NCBI GenBank assembly: GCA_965224465.1
Contig: OZ245049.1
Location: 870,001 to 902,000 of the forward strand
From: Flavobacteriaceae bacterium
GTDB taxonomy: Bacteria; Bacteroidota; Bacteroidia; Flavobacteriales; Flavobacteriaceae
Direction: 5' to 3'
Length of the DNA stretch: 32,000 nucleotides
The translations under genes and the position numbers were made by a program. The notes under the pieces were generated by a model. The model was not told the origin of the DNA. It searched no databases and worked only from the letters and a program-made list of their open reading frames with translations. Below are positions 7,973 to 16,487 of the stretch, one piece after another. The stretch's first letter is position 1. Every line of letters begins with the position of its first letter.

Positions 7973-8662
7973 ATGAAATTCTTATATTTTACTATTAGTA
8001 GCATCTTATTTATTTCTTGTAGCTCTCTACCAAAGGAATATCTAACTACCAATAGCAGTTGTTATTATAATGATCCTATTTTTAAAATCACAAAAGATGA
8101 AATGGTTTTTGACGTTAAAAAGTATAAAGACACATTGGATAAAGGGCGTTTAGTTTTTACAAAACGTAATAATTTAAAAAATAATTTTCATAAATCTAAA
8201 GATGGAAGTATAACTTTTAAACAAACAAACAAGCGATTAAATATTCAAAGGACAATTGAATATGATAAAAAAGGCAATATATTATTATCTTACTTTAAGT
8301 ATTTAAATGGTAGTTCGTATCTAAAAAAAGAAACAACCTATGACCAACAAGGCAATATAACCAAAGTAATAGATTACGAAAAAGGCTATCAAATATGTTG
8401 GACAGAAGCTATTGAAATTGTAAAACAAATAGCTAAAAAAGACATAAAAAAATACAACGTCACTAGTTTTAATCTTCTGCGAAATGATATGAATGAATTT
8501 CCTGACCTAAAACCAGAATGGGAAATCACTTTGAACGGAAATGAAGAATATGAAGAAAAAAAATATTCTAAAAAAGGTAAAAAGATTTATATTATTGATG
8601 GTATCACAGGAAATTTAACAAATATAAAAACCATTAGAATGATCTATCCTGGCATGGAGTAA
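7973..8662 (+). CDS. Secreted lipoprotein-like protein, array copy 4 (variant B)
   Basis: 229 aa. Differs from copy 2 at only a handful of residues (positions 7 and 28, ETS/ETT, DIE/DIK, GNTGD/GITGN, KAI/KTI). Confidence 0.8.
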   Translation: MKFLYFTISSILFISCSSLPKEYLTTNSSCYYNDPIFKITKDEMVFDVKKYKDTLDKGRLVFTKRNNLKNNFHKSKDGSITFKQTNKRLNIQRTIEYDKKGNILLSYFKYLNGSSYLKKETTYDQQGNITKVIDYEKGYQICWTEAIEIVKQIAKKDIKKYNVTSFNLLRNDMNEFPDLKPEWEITLNGNEEYEEKKYSKKGKKIYIIDGITGNLTNIKTIRMIYPGME

Positions 8663-8799
8663 ATACATGTTTACAATCACCAAAAATGTTCGTATAGTGT
8701 GTAGCCCCAAGAAGTAATACCGTGTTAAGCATGCTGCCTCAAAAGAGGAAACTATAGGATTTGCGTAGTGTAATAAAAGAGCTATCGAAAGTACCTCCA

Positions 8800-8848
8800 C
8801 TCTCTACCAAAAGAATATCTAACTATCAATAACAGTTGTTATTATAAT
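8800..8848 (+). pseudogene. 49-nt fragment of a fifth lipoprotein gene copy (codons ~17-33 only)
   Basis: CTCTCTACCAAAAGAATATCTAACTATCAATAACAGTTGTTATTATAAT matches the SLPKEYLTTNNSCYYN-coding segment of the array genes. There is no start codon or signal-peptide portion upstream. Confidence 0.7.
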
Positions 8849-8918
8849 TTTATTAATGCATGATAACGCTTTTAGAAATAATGAAACAAACTAAAAACAC
8901 TCATAAAAAAAACTTAAA

Positions 8919-9608
8919 ATGAAAAATAGATATAAAATAATAATTACGATAATTACCATAGCGATTATACTAATCTGTATTTTTGTATATGGATTGTTTA
9001 GATATGAATGGAATAACTATGCAATTGGTAAGACATATGAAATACAAGGAATATCTGATGTTATTGAAAAAGGTGATTTAATTATTTTCACAACAATAAA
9101 TCCTTATTTATTTATATCAAATGACGCAGGAAAAACATGGAGTATAAAAATGTTTAACCTCAATGAAGATGAAAATATTTTTAACGGCTTAGGTATAACA
9201 AAAGAAACAATCTCTTTTATTTCAAAAAAGAATTCAGATGGTGATACGTCTCCTCAATTTTTATATATAAGTACTGATAATGGTAGTAATTGGAGCAAAA
9301 AAAACATTGAGAAAATATTGTGTTTTAATAGAAACCTTTCGAATGAATCTGTTTCAATCAATAATGGGATTTTAGAGTGTTTTGACTTTGATAAAAATGT
9401 TACTCATTACTCTAATGATTATGGAAAAACATGGAAAGAAACCAACCAAAGAATAGGTGAATTAGAAAACATAAAATTTTCAAAAACAGCAAAAAACAAC
9501 ACTTATTTTGTTAGAAAATACAACAAGAAAACAAATGAATTCAACTCGTTATTTTCTATTAAAAAAGAGTTTGAAATTAATTTATTTGGAGATATTAGAT
9601 TTAAATGA
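8919..9608 (+). CDS. Membrane-anchored BNR/Asp-box repeat protein
   Basis: 229 aa. N-terminal TM helix (IIITIITIAIILICIFVYGLF). Three Asp-box-like motifs: SNDAGKTWS, STDNGSNWS, SNDYGKTWK. Confidence 0.6.
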   Translation: MKNRYKIIITIITIAIILICIFVYGLFRYEWNNYAIGKTYEIQGISDVIEKGDLIIFTTINPYLFISNDAGKTWSIKMFNLNEDENIFNGLGITKETISFISKKNSDGDTSPQFLYISTDNGSNWSKKNIEKILCFNRNLSNESVSINNGILECFDFDKNVTHYSNDYGKTWKETNQRIGELENIKFSKTAKNNTYFVRKYNKKTNEFNSLFSIKKEFEINLFGDIRFK

Positions 9609-9771
9609 TAAATATAAAGGCTCCATTAAAAGAACTTGATAAACCACTAAATTACATACCATCATGTTTAGGATTGTAATTGGAATAACAGACATTACAA
9701 CCTGTTTATAAGAGATTTACTAAAAAAAGCCCCTTATAATCAATTTAAAAATATAACTATTGAAAGAGCTA

Positions 9772-10392
9772 TTACAAAAAATCTGTATCCCCTTTTCCTT
9801 CTCTTAATATTTCAATTTCGTCTTGTGATAAATCAATAATAGTCGAAGCTTGATTTCCTCCATAGCCACCATCAATAATCACATCTACAATATCTCCCCA
9901 TTTTTCATTTATCAATTCTGGATCTGTCGTATACTCAATCACATCATCCTCGTCTCTAATAGAGGTAGAAACAATGGGATTCCCCAATGCTGCAACCAAG
10001 GTTCTAATAATTGCATTATCTGGTACACGAATCCCTACGGTTTTTCTATGTTTAAAGGCCTTGGGCAAACTATTACTAGCTGGCAATACAAAAGTATAAG
10101 GCCCAGGTAAGGCTTTCTTTAAAATTTTATATGTAGGTGTATCAATCTGTTTTACGTAATCAGATAAATTACTCAAATCGTGGCATATAAATGAAAAATT
10201 TGCTTTGTTTAATTTTATCCCTTTTAAACGCGCTACTTTTTCCATCGCCTTTGTATTGGTAATATCACAGCCCAATCCATATACTGTATCTGTAGGAAAA
10301 ATAATCAATCCTCCTTTTTTAAGAATTGTTACAATTTTCTCTATTTCACGTTCGTTTGGATTCTCTTCGTATATTTTAATAAATTTTGCCAT
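9772..10392 (-). CDS. tsaC: L-threonylcarbamoyladenylate synthase (YrdC/TsaC type)
   Basis: MAKFIKIY...GGLIIFPTDTVYGLGCD...LKGI...PGPYTFVLP...VGIRVPDN are YrdC-family hallmarks. Start set at ATG 10392; the track ORF extends to 10434. Confidence 0.8.
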   Translation of the reverse strand: MAKFIKIYEENPNEREIEKIVTILKKGGLIIFPTDTVYGLGCDITNTKAMEKVARLKGIKLNKANFSFICHDLSNLSDYVKQIDTPTYKILKKALPGPYTFVLPASNSLPKAFKHRKTVGIRVPDNAIIRTLVAALGNPIVSTSIRDEDDVIEYTTDPELINEKWGDIVDVIIDGGYGGNQASTIIDLSQDEIEILREGKGDTDFL

Positions 10393-10432
10393 GACTACCT
10401 GTAATTTAGTGCGAAAGTACAATATATTCAGC

Positions 10433-10462
10433 ATAAAAAAAAGCCTGCAAGAAGCAGGCTTT
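10433..10462 (-). terminator. Rho-independent terminator after the response-regulator gene
   Basis: Arms AAGCCTGC (10441-10448) and GCAGGCTT (10454-10461) with a 5-nt loop. On the minus strand the stem is followed by a U-run (plus-strand A-run 10435-10440). Confidence 0.6.
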
Positions 10463-10497
10463 ATGTGGTAGTTTTAGTGGTAAAATACAGCTGTAGT

Positions 10498-11199
10498 TTA
10501 ATTTTTATCAATCAGCCTAAACCCTTCTCCGTGTATATTTAAAATTTCTACATTTTCATCTAATTTCAAATACTTTCTTAGTTTCGCAATATACACATCC
10601 ATACTCCTAGAAGTAAAATAGTTATCGTCTCTCCATATTTTTGTCAAAGCCAACTCACGCGGCATTAAATCATTTTTATGCAAGGCTAACATTTTTAGAA
10701 GCTTATTCTCTTTTGGAGATAATTTTTGGTTAACACCATTATACACCAAGTGTCTTAATTTAGAATTAAATTCGAATCCTCCTATTACAAATTCAAACCG
10801 TTCCTCTTCGATATTATTCCCGACATGTTTTCGTTGAATAATTGCTTTAATTTTATACAAAAGCACTTCAGAATCAAATGGCTTATTCAAGTAATCATCT
10901 GCACCTGCCTGGTATCCTTTTAATACATCTTCTTTCATGGTCTTTGCCGTTAAAAAGATAATTGGGATTTCTGTATTGGTAGCTCTTATATCTTTTGCCA
11001 AAGAAAAACCATCTTTTCTAGGCATCATCACGTCTAAAATACAAATATCATACGTGTCGTTTTTAAACATAATAAGACCTTCTAAACCATCTTTTGCAAG
11101 GGTTACGTCATAATCATTTAAAGCTAAATAATCTTTTAATACGGTTCCAAAATTAGGATCGTCTTCTACTAATAAAATTCTGTTTTTACTCATAATCAA
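10498..11199 (-). CDS. OmpR/PhoB-type response regulator (receiver plus winged-helix)
   Basis: RILLVEDD...DICILDVMMP...FLTAK receiver motifs. C-terminal LSPKENKLLKMLA...YIAKLRKYL...IHGEGFRL winged helix. Confidence 0.85.
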   Translation of the reverse strand: MIMSKNRILLVEDDPNFGTVLKDYLALNDYDVTLAKDGLEGLIMFKNDTYDICILDVMMPRKDGFSLAKDIRATNTEIPIIFLTAKTMKEDVLKGYQAGADDYLNKPFDSEVLLYKIKAIIQRKHVGNNIEEERFEFVIGGFEFNSKLRHLVYNGVNQKLSPKENKLLKMLALHKNDLMPRELALTKIWRDDNYFTSRSMDVYIAKLRKYLKLDENVEILNIHGEGFRLIDKN

Positions 11200-11205
11200 T
11201 TCTTT

Positions 11206-12771
11206 TTATATTAACGGAATTTTCACAATAAGCGTACTTCCTTTTCCTTTTTCGCTCTCTACATGAATACTTCCTTGGTGTATCTCTACTATTTTTTTTA
11301 CATATGATAGTCCCAGTCCATGTCCTTTTACGTTATGAATATTTCCTGTTTCTTCTCTATAGAATTTTTCAAAGATGTTCTTTTGAACATTATGATTCAT
11401 TCCAATGCCTTTATCTTTTATTTTAATGATAATATACTTTGCCGTATTTTCTGTATACACATCAATACGAGGAGGATCTGGCGAATATTTAATGGCATTA
11501 TCCAACATATTTACTATAATATTAGTGAAATGAAATGGATTCCCCAAAAACTCAGTTAAAACAGCCTCTAAATGCAACTCAATCTTTCCATCACGTTCCT
11601 CTAATAGCAAGTGAATATGTGACATGGCATCATCTAATAAATCGTGCATATCCACAGCTTCCTTTGTAACATCCAATTGATTTTTCTCCAATTTAGAAAT
11701 CCGAAGCACATTTTCCACTTGAGCATGCATCCGTTTATTTTCCTCTCGAATCATTTTCACATAGCGTTGTACCTTTTCAGCATCACCAATTACCTTTGGA
11801 TTTTTTATAGCATCTAAAGCTAAATTAATGGTAGCTATCGGAGTTTTAAATTCGTGCGTCATATTATTGATGAAATCTGTTTTGATCTCCGAAATCTGTT
11901 TTTGTTTGATCAATTGATACAAGGCAGTGACAAAGGCTATTATAATTATCAGAATAAAAAATATAGACAACAACAAATTTCGTTGAATGGAGGAAACTAT
12001 ATATTGTTCTTTGGACGGAAAACTTACAAATAAATCATAATTGCTCTCCCCTTCGCTATTGGTAAACATAGATACTTGGTAACTCCTCCCTTTTTCCTTT
12101 CTAAAATAACCAGATTTAATTTTGGTGGCTAGTCCATTGTTATAAATTCCGTATTTAAAATCAGTTTCTATACCTCTATTTTTTAATTCCTTGTCTAATT
12201 CTAGACGCAGCTCCCTATTACTCACCCTTCTACTTATAGGCAAACGAGAAACTGTAACATCAATAACACTAAGGAATTCTGCCCTTTCAGAAGCATCAAA
12301 ACGCCCCACTTTTACAAATCGTTCTGTTGCAGTTTCTGTGATAAAATCACCATCAGTATGGACATGACTAAAAATAATGACTTCTTCTTTACTATAAATC
12401 TTTTTGAAATTTATGGAGTCATCTTCAAAAAAATCAGTCGGAATTTTATAATTTTCCTCCAAAATACTTCGAGAATATAAAAACCGTTGATTATTTACGG
12501 TATCGATTTGTTCAAAAACAAAATTTCTAATATCAGAAGGCTTGTATTTTTTTTTGGTTTCTACTAATTTAGAAAACCGCTTAAAGTACCCATCAAATTC
12601 ACGTTGCGTAATGTTTTGAGAAACATTTGCCAATGCAAAGATAACATCGCTAGAAAATTGTTTTTCTCGAATGTCTAATGTATTTTTAATCCAACTAACT
12701 TGCACAAAAATAATTCCGATCAAGGCAATACTCATTAGAAAACTAATCAGGAAAAATGTTTTTTTACCCAT
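11206..12771 (-). CDS. Sensor histidine kinase
   Basis: Two TM segments, H-box NMTHEFKTPIATI, and N/G boxes (NAIKYS, DKGIGM, GHGLGLSYV). Lies 6 nt upstream of the regulator gene. Confidence 0.85.
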   Translation of the reverse strand: MGKKTFFLISFLMSIALIGIIFVQVSWIKNTLDIREKQFSSDVIFALANVSQNITQREFDGYFKRFSKLVETKKKYKPSDIRNFVFEQIDTVNNQRFLYSRSILEENYKIPTDFFEDDSINFKKIYSKEEVIIFSHVHTDGDFITETATERFVKVGRFDASERAEFLSVIDVTVSRLPISRRVSNRELRLELDKELKNRGIETDFKYGIYNNGLATKIKSGYFRKEKGRSYQVSMFTNSEGESNYDLFVSFPSKEQYIVSSIQRNLLLSIFFILIIIIAFVTALYQLIKQKQISEIKTDFINNMTHEFKTPIATINLALDAIKNPKVIGDAEKVQRYVKMIREENKRMHAQVENVLRISKLEKNQLDVTKEAVDMHDLLDDAMSHIHLLLEERDGKIELHLEAVLTEFLGNPFHFTNIIVNMLDNAIKYSPDPPRIDVYTENTAKYIIIKIKDKGIGMNHNVQKNIFEKFYREETGNIHNVKGHGLGLSYVKKIVEIHQGSIHVESEKGKGSTLIVKIPLI

Positions 12772-12858
12772 GAAACAAATTTAATATTTTAACATCTACA
12801 TGCACTGTTTTTAACCAATATTAACACCGATTGACGTTCTTTAACAGTATTTTAAGAG

Positions 12859-13452
12859 CTATTTACTCCTTTTCAAACCTAACAGTATACCGTTTAAAGT
12901 AAGGACCTGTTCTTGTGTTGCCTTTAAATTATTATTTACAATAACAAAATTTGATTTTTCAATTCTAAGTTCATCAGACATTTGGCTATTCATCCGTGCT
13001 GTAATCTCTTTAATGGACATCCCATCACGGGCTTGAATTCGTTTTATTTTTTCCTTTTCTGTCGCAGTAACGGTAATTATAAAATCGCATAGTTTATAGC
13101 CTTCAGATTCAAGTAAGATTGCAGCTTCATACACAATATACCTACATTGTTGAGCCTTTATAAAATTTTTAAAATGGGCATGTAACCTCGGATGTGTGAT
13201 GCTGTTAAGTGCCGCTAATTTCTCTGGGTTATTAAAAACAATATTAGCAATAAACGGACGGTTTAATTGCTTGTCTTTATATGCTTCTTTTCCAAAAACT
13301 TTTTCCAATTCGCATTTAATATCTAGAGAAGTATTGATTAATAACCGTGCTTCTACATCTGCATTATAGGTCACAACACCTAGTTTCTCAAACATTTTAA
13401 GAACAGTTGTTTTCCCGCTTCCAATCCCTCCTGTTAAACCAATAACCATCAT
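12859..13452 (-). CDS. coaE: Dephospho-CoA kinase
   Basis: MVIGLTGGIGSGKTTV P-loop and overall CoaE-like length (197 aa). Confidence 0.85.
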   Translation of the reverse strand: MMVIGLTGGIGSGKTTVLKMFEKLGVVTYNADVEARLLINTSLDIKCELEKVFGKEAYKDKQLNRPFIANIVFNNPEKLAALNSITHPRLHAHFKNFIKAQQCRYIVYEAAILLESEGYKLCDFIITVTATEKEKIKRIQARDGMSIKEITARMNSQMSDELRIEKSNFVIVNNNLKATQEQVLTLNGILLGLKRSK

Positions 13453-14423
13453 TTTTTCTGAATTAAAAACTCTAACTTTCTCGGCTTAACTTCTACAGAA
13501 CGTAGCCATTTACTCTTACTTCGAACTACAGGGGTTAGATACAAGATAGTTCTATCTTTTAGGTACTCGTTATAATCAAAAACAACATCAAAAGAATTTT
13601 CATTAATCTTACTAAAATTAGAAATCGCAACTTGAAAAACAATCTCTATATTTTTAGGAAAAGTAGTGATTTTAACATGCGAAGGAGCGTTTATAATTTT
13701 CACAGGAATAGACCATTTACCCTCCGTTATTTTTTCGACCAATCCAGAAACAGCAACGTTGGTTACTCCATAGTTAATGGTAGTAATGGTTGGGTTTATT
13801 TGTAGGTCTACTACTGCATTAATATTTTCAAAAATATCTATTAGAAGTAACTTTTGAGTTGTAATTTTCTGAATAGTGTCTATGTATTTTTGAGGCCCTA
13901 TAATCAAAACACTATCTGGCTGTATTTTAATTCTACTCATTAAACTATAGCCCAATTTATAACTCGCATCTAGTTGTATTTGAATGGGAACTTTTTTTGA
14001 AATTGTAGCACCCAACTCAAAAAATATGGTATCGGTATTAAATCCTAATAATTCGGTACCTGAATCCAATTGATTTCCAATTTCTAATTGGTGATTTTTT
14101 AAAACAATAAAATGTTTATCTCCTCTTTTATAGATGGCATCCGTTAAATCCAACGCTACTTTTTTTGTAAAAATCTGATAGCTCATTAAATTAAAACCTG
14201 AAGATCTCAATACCACTTCTACGCGATCCAAAGGAGGTTCTTGAAGAATTTGTGTATTCGATAAGTTTTTATATTCAATTTTTATTTCTGCAATAGTACT
14301 ATAACTTTTAGACAGTTCTATTAAAAACCAAATGATAGTAGTGAGTACTAGGAACATAGAAAATATTCGTACGTTCCTGTCATTTTTCAAAAAGACCAAT
14401 GAGCTTACAACTTTTTTTTTCAC
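13449..14423 (-). CDS. YbbR-like domain-containing membrane protein
   Basis: 324 aa with an N-terminal TM anchor and repeated beta-rich modules. Its stop overlaps the coaE start by 4 nt, an arrangement I recall as conserved in Flavobacteriia. Confidence 0.5.
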   Translation of the reverse strand: MKKKVVSSLVFLKNDRNVRIFSMFLVLTTIIWFLIELSKSYSTIAEIKIEYKNLSNTQILQEPPLDRVEVVLRSSGFNLMSYQIFTKKVALDLTDAIYKRGDKHFIVLKNHQLEIGNQLDSGTELLGFNTDTIFFELGATISKKVPIQIQLDASYKLGYSLMSRIKIQPDSVLIIGPQKYIDTIQKITTQKLLLIDIFENINAVVDLQINPTITTINYGVTNVAVSGLVEKITEGKWSIPVKIINAPSHVKITTFPKNIEIVFQVAISNFSKINENSFDVVFDYNEYLKDRTILYLTPVVRSKSKWLRSVEVKPRKLEFLIQKK

Positions 14424-14466
14424 TTATTTTGATTTTAGATGGAATAAAATTACTTGTTAAATTTAC

Positions 14467-14535
14467 AAAAAAAAATTGTCTTAAAAGATTCCTAGCCAAT
14501 GCTTTCACATAAAACGGAATATCTTTTAAGACAAT
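14467..14535 (-). terminator. Long-stem terminator after yajC
   Basis: Perfect 15-bp arms ATTGTCTTAAAAGAT (14475-14489) and ATCTTTTAAGACAAT (14521-14535) with a 31-nt loop. On the minus strand the stem is followed by U9 (plus-strand A-run 14467-14475). Confidence 0.55.
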
Positions 14536-14556
14536 TTGTTCTAAAAATAGATATTT

Positions 14557-14877
14557 CTATTTTTTCTCTACAATTGGAGCATAAACTTTACTCATTTCCA
14601 TAGAAATGGCAGCACGGTCAAATTTAATTTTCCCTGCACCTGTTTCTATAATAACCGTATTATCATTTTCAACGATATCTAATATTTTTCCATGTATACC
14701 ACTAGTCATTACAACTTTCGCCCCTTTTTTAATGGTTTGTTGGAATTTTTTTTCGTTTTTTTGACGTTTCATTTGTGGGCGAATCATGAAGAAGTAGATT
14801 ACTACAAACATGAGTGCAAATGGTAACATTCCCATTAATCCACTTGTTTCTGCTGCTAAAGAAATTATTGTAAACAT
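14557..14877 (-). CDS. yajC: Preprotein translocase subunit YajC
   Basis: 106 aa. One TM segment followed by FFMIRPQMKRQK and then GGI.GKI-type motifs (SGIHGKILDI). Confidence 0.85.
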   Translation of the reverse strand: MFTIISLAAETSGLMGMLPFALMFVVIYFFMIRPQMKRQKNEKKFQQTIKKGAKVVMTSGIHGKILDIVENDNTVIIETGAGKIKFDRAAISMEMSKVYAPIVEKK

Positions 14878-14897
14878 TTATTATTTGAGTTTTTATA

Positions 14898-15374
14898 TTA
14901 CTTTTTTAGTGCCGTTTTCGGCTTTGGTGTCACAAATCCTTTAATGCGTACTACTTCCGTAGTTTTTTCCGCATTCGATTTTATTGTAATTGATTTGTTT
15001 TGTTTATTTGGTTTTCCTCTTGTATTAAATTTAAAAGTCAACTCAGCTGTATCCCCTGGTTTGATTGGTTTTTTAGGCCATGTAGGCACCGTACAACCAC
15101 AACTAGCTTTTGCAGATAAAATAACCAAATCAGACTTTCCTTTATTCGTAATTCTAAAGGTTCCTTCAACGATATCTCCTTCATCTACAGTCCCAAACTC
15201 ATACATACGCTGATCAAATTCGATAATAGGAATACCTTCACTTATTTTTACATCTCGAGCTTTGGCATTTGCTACATTTTCATTTTTCACTTTTGAAAGC
15301 GCAGATTGATGTTGACAAGAAACCAATAATACAACACTCATAAAGACTGTTATAGGGAAAATCCAATTTTTCAT
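14898..15374 (-). CDS. DUF1573 domain-containing protein
   Basis: Signal peptide plus F.FGTV.EGD...F.ITN.G...L.I....SCGCT.P.W...PI.PG pattern. Confidence 0.75.
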   Translation of the reverse strand: MKNWIFPITVFMSVVLLVSCQHQSALSKVKNENVANAKARDVKISEGIPIIEFDQRMYEFGTVDEGDIVEGTFRITNKGKSDLVILSAKASCGCTVPTWPKKPIKPGDTAELTFKFNTRGKPNKQNKSITIKSNAEKTTEVVRIKGFVTPKPKTALKK

Positions 15375-15398
15375 ATTTTTTTTGTAAAAATATAAAAA

Positions 15399-16337
15399 TT
15401 ATAACAATCCTCTCCCTATTTTATTAAGTCTTTTTGATTTATCAAATTCTTTTGCAATTTTATCTAAAACTCCATTGATAAAGAAACTACTCTTTTCTGT
15501 AGAATAATCTTTCGCAATCTCAATATATTCGTTAATAGTTACGCGTGTAGGAATGCTCGGGAATTTTAAAAATTCACAAATAGCCATTTTAATTAATATT
15601 AAATCTACATCTGCAATACGTTCCATATCCCAGTTAGGTGTTCTCTGGTCTACTTCTTCGCTTAGCATTCTATCATTTAGTACTGTTTTTCTAAATAAAT
15701 CAGATACATATTTTTTATCATCTTCATCCTTGTACAGACTTCCTATATAAATACCTTTTAAAGGAGTTAATTGATTCAATGTTTTTGAAACCCATGTATT
15801 TACAAACGGAATATCATCTACCCAACTAATGTTCTTGTCTTCAAAATAATCTGCAATTTTCTCATTTGGCGCCACTATTTCTTTAAACATACGAACAATA
15901 AAATCTTTGTCCAATTCAAAACTATCATTTTTATCGGCCATATAGGTCTTGTAAAAATCAGTTTCCTTTGTGTTTTTCCAAACAACTTTTACGTAGTCAC
16001 TATCCAAATACCAGTTATTCAACTTATGCTCATCAATATACAAAGCAAGAGAATTACTCTCGTTTAATAATTGAATCACTTTATTATTAATAAACTTTGG
16101 ATTGGGATTTAATTCTTCTTTAGTCGCAAGAAACTTTTTCTGAGAAGCGGATAAAAAATCACGTTCCATGTTTCTCACTTCAACCAACAAACTTAAAAGC
16201 AATACATACATGTCTTGCATTTTGTCTACACTTAGTTTCAATAGCTTTTCTTCTCTTATCAGGTCATCATTTTTGGATTGATGCATTGCGTATACAGATT
16301 GCATAACCTTTACTCGTATGTGGCGTCTATTAATCAT
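15399..16337 (-). CDS. nusB: Transcription antitermination factor NusB (long Bacteroidota form)
   Basis: MINRRHIRVKVMQSVYA N-terminus. C-terminal NusB core (DVDLILIKMAICEF...P..V.INEYIEIAK.YS...S..FINGVLDK). Confidence 0.8.
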   Translation of the reverse strand: MINRRHIRVKVMQSVYAMHQSKNDDLIREEKLLKLSVDKMQDMYVLLLSLLVEVRNMERDFLSASQKKFLATKEELNPNPKFINNKVIQLLNESNSLALYIDEHKLNNWYLDSDYVKVVWKNTKETDFYKTYMADKNDSFELDKDFIVRMFKEIVAPNEKIADYFEDKNISWVDDIPFVNTWVSKTLNQLTPLKGIYIGSLYKDEDDKKYVSDLFRKTVLNDRMLSEEVDQRTPNWDMERIADVDLILIKMAICEFLKFPSIPTRVTINEYIEIAKDYSTEKSSFFINGVLDKIAKEFDKSKRLNKIGRGLL

Positions 16338-16487
16338 CTAAAGAACTTTTTTAAACTAGTTGTTCGTTTTAATTTTTGGCAAAAGTACTATTATTTTTAA
16401 TAGAAGTAAATGTATTTTAAATTTTATTTGTTTTCTGATAAAACGCGTATATTCGTACTCTAAATAAATTGATACGCCTACTACTTA

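Larger units (their letters stand above)
5006..8662 (+). repeat. Tandem array of four ~830-bp units (toxin 3' segment or ghost plus lipoprotein gene)
   Basis: Gene starts at 5479, 6312, 7141 and 7973 give periods of 833, 829 and 832 nt. The outer parts of each unit are near-identical and the gene centres are divergent. Confidence 0.9.

Noticed and set aside
5006-8662. Regular ~830-bp periodicity as a CRISPR-like or satellite array
   Set aside because: The units are full-length protein-coding genes plus a gene remnant. There are no short direct repeats with unique spacers.
8615-8800. 61-aa minus-strand ORF across the end of the array
   Set aside because: It spans a rearrangement junction and the 3' end of copy 4. 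It has no motif and no plausible start context.
9850-10471. ORFs 9850..10110 and 10205..10471 opposite tsaC
   Set aside because: They are antisense to a clearly conserved gene.
11320-11559. 79-aa ORF opposite the histidine kinase gene
   Set aside because: It is antisense to a conserved gene and has no motif.
14475-14535. Perfect 15-bp inverted repeat as a possible invertase or recombinase site
   Set aside because: It has a single copy and no nearby recombinase. It is followed by a U9 run on the yajC strand, so a transcription terminator explains it.
14944-15750. ORFs 14944..15213 and 15553..15750
   Set aside because: They are antisense to the DUF1573 gene and nusB respectively.
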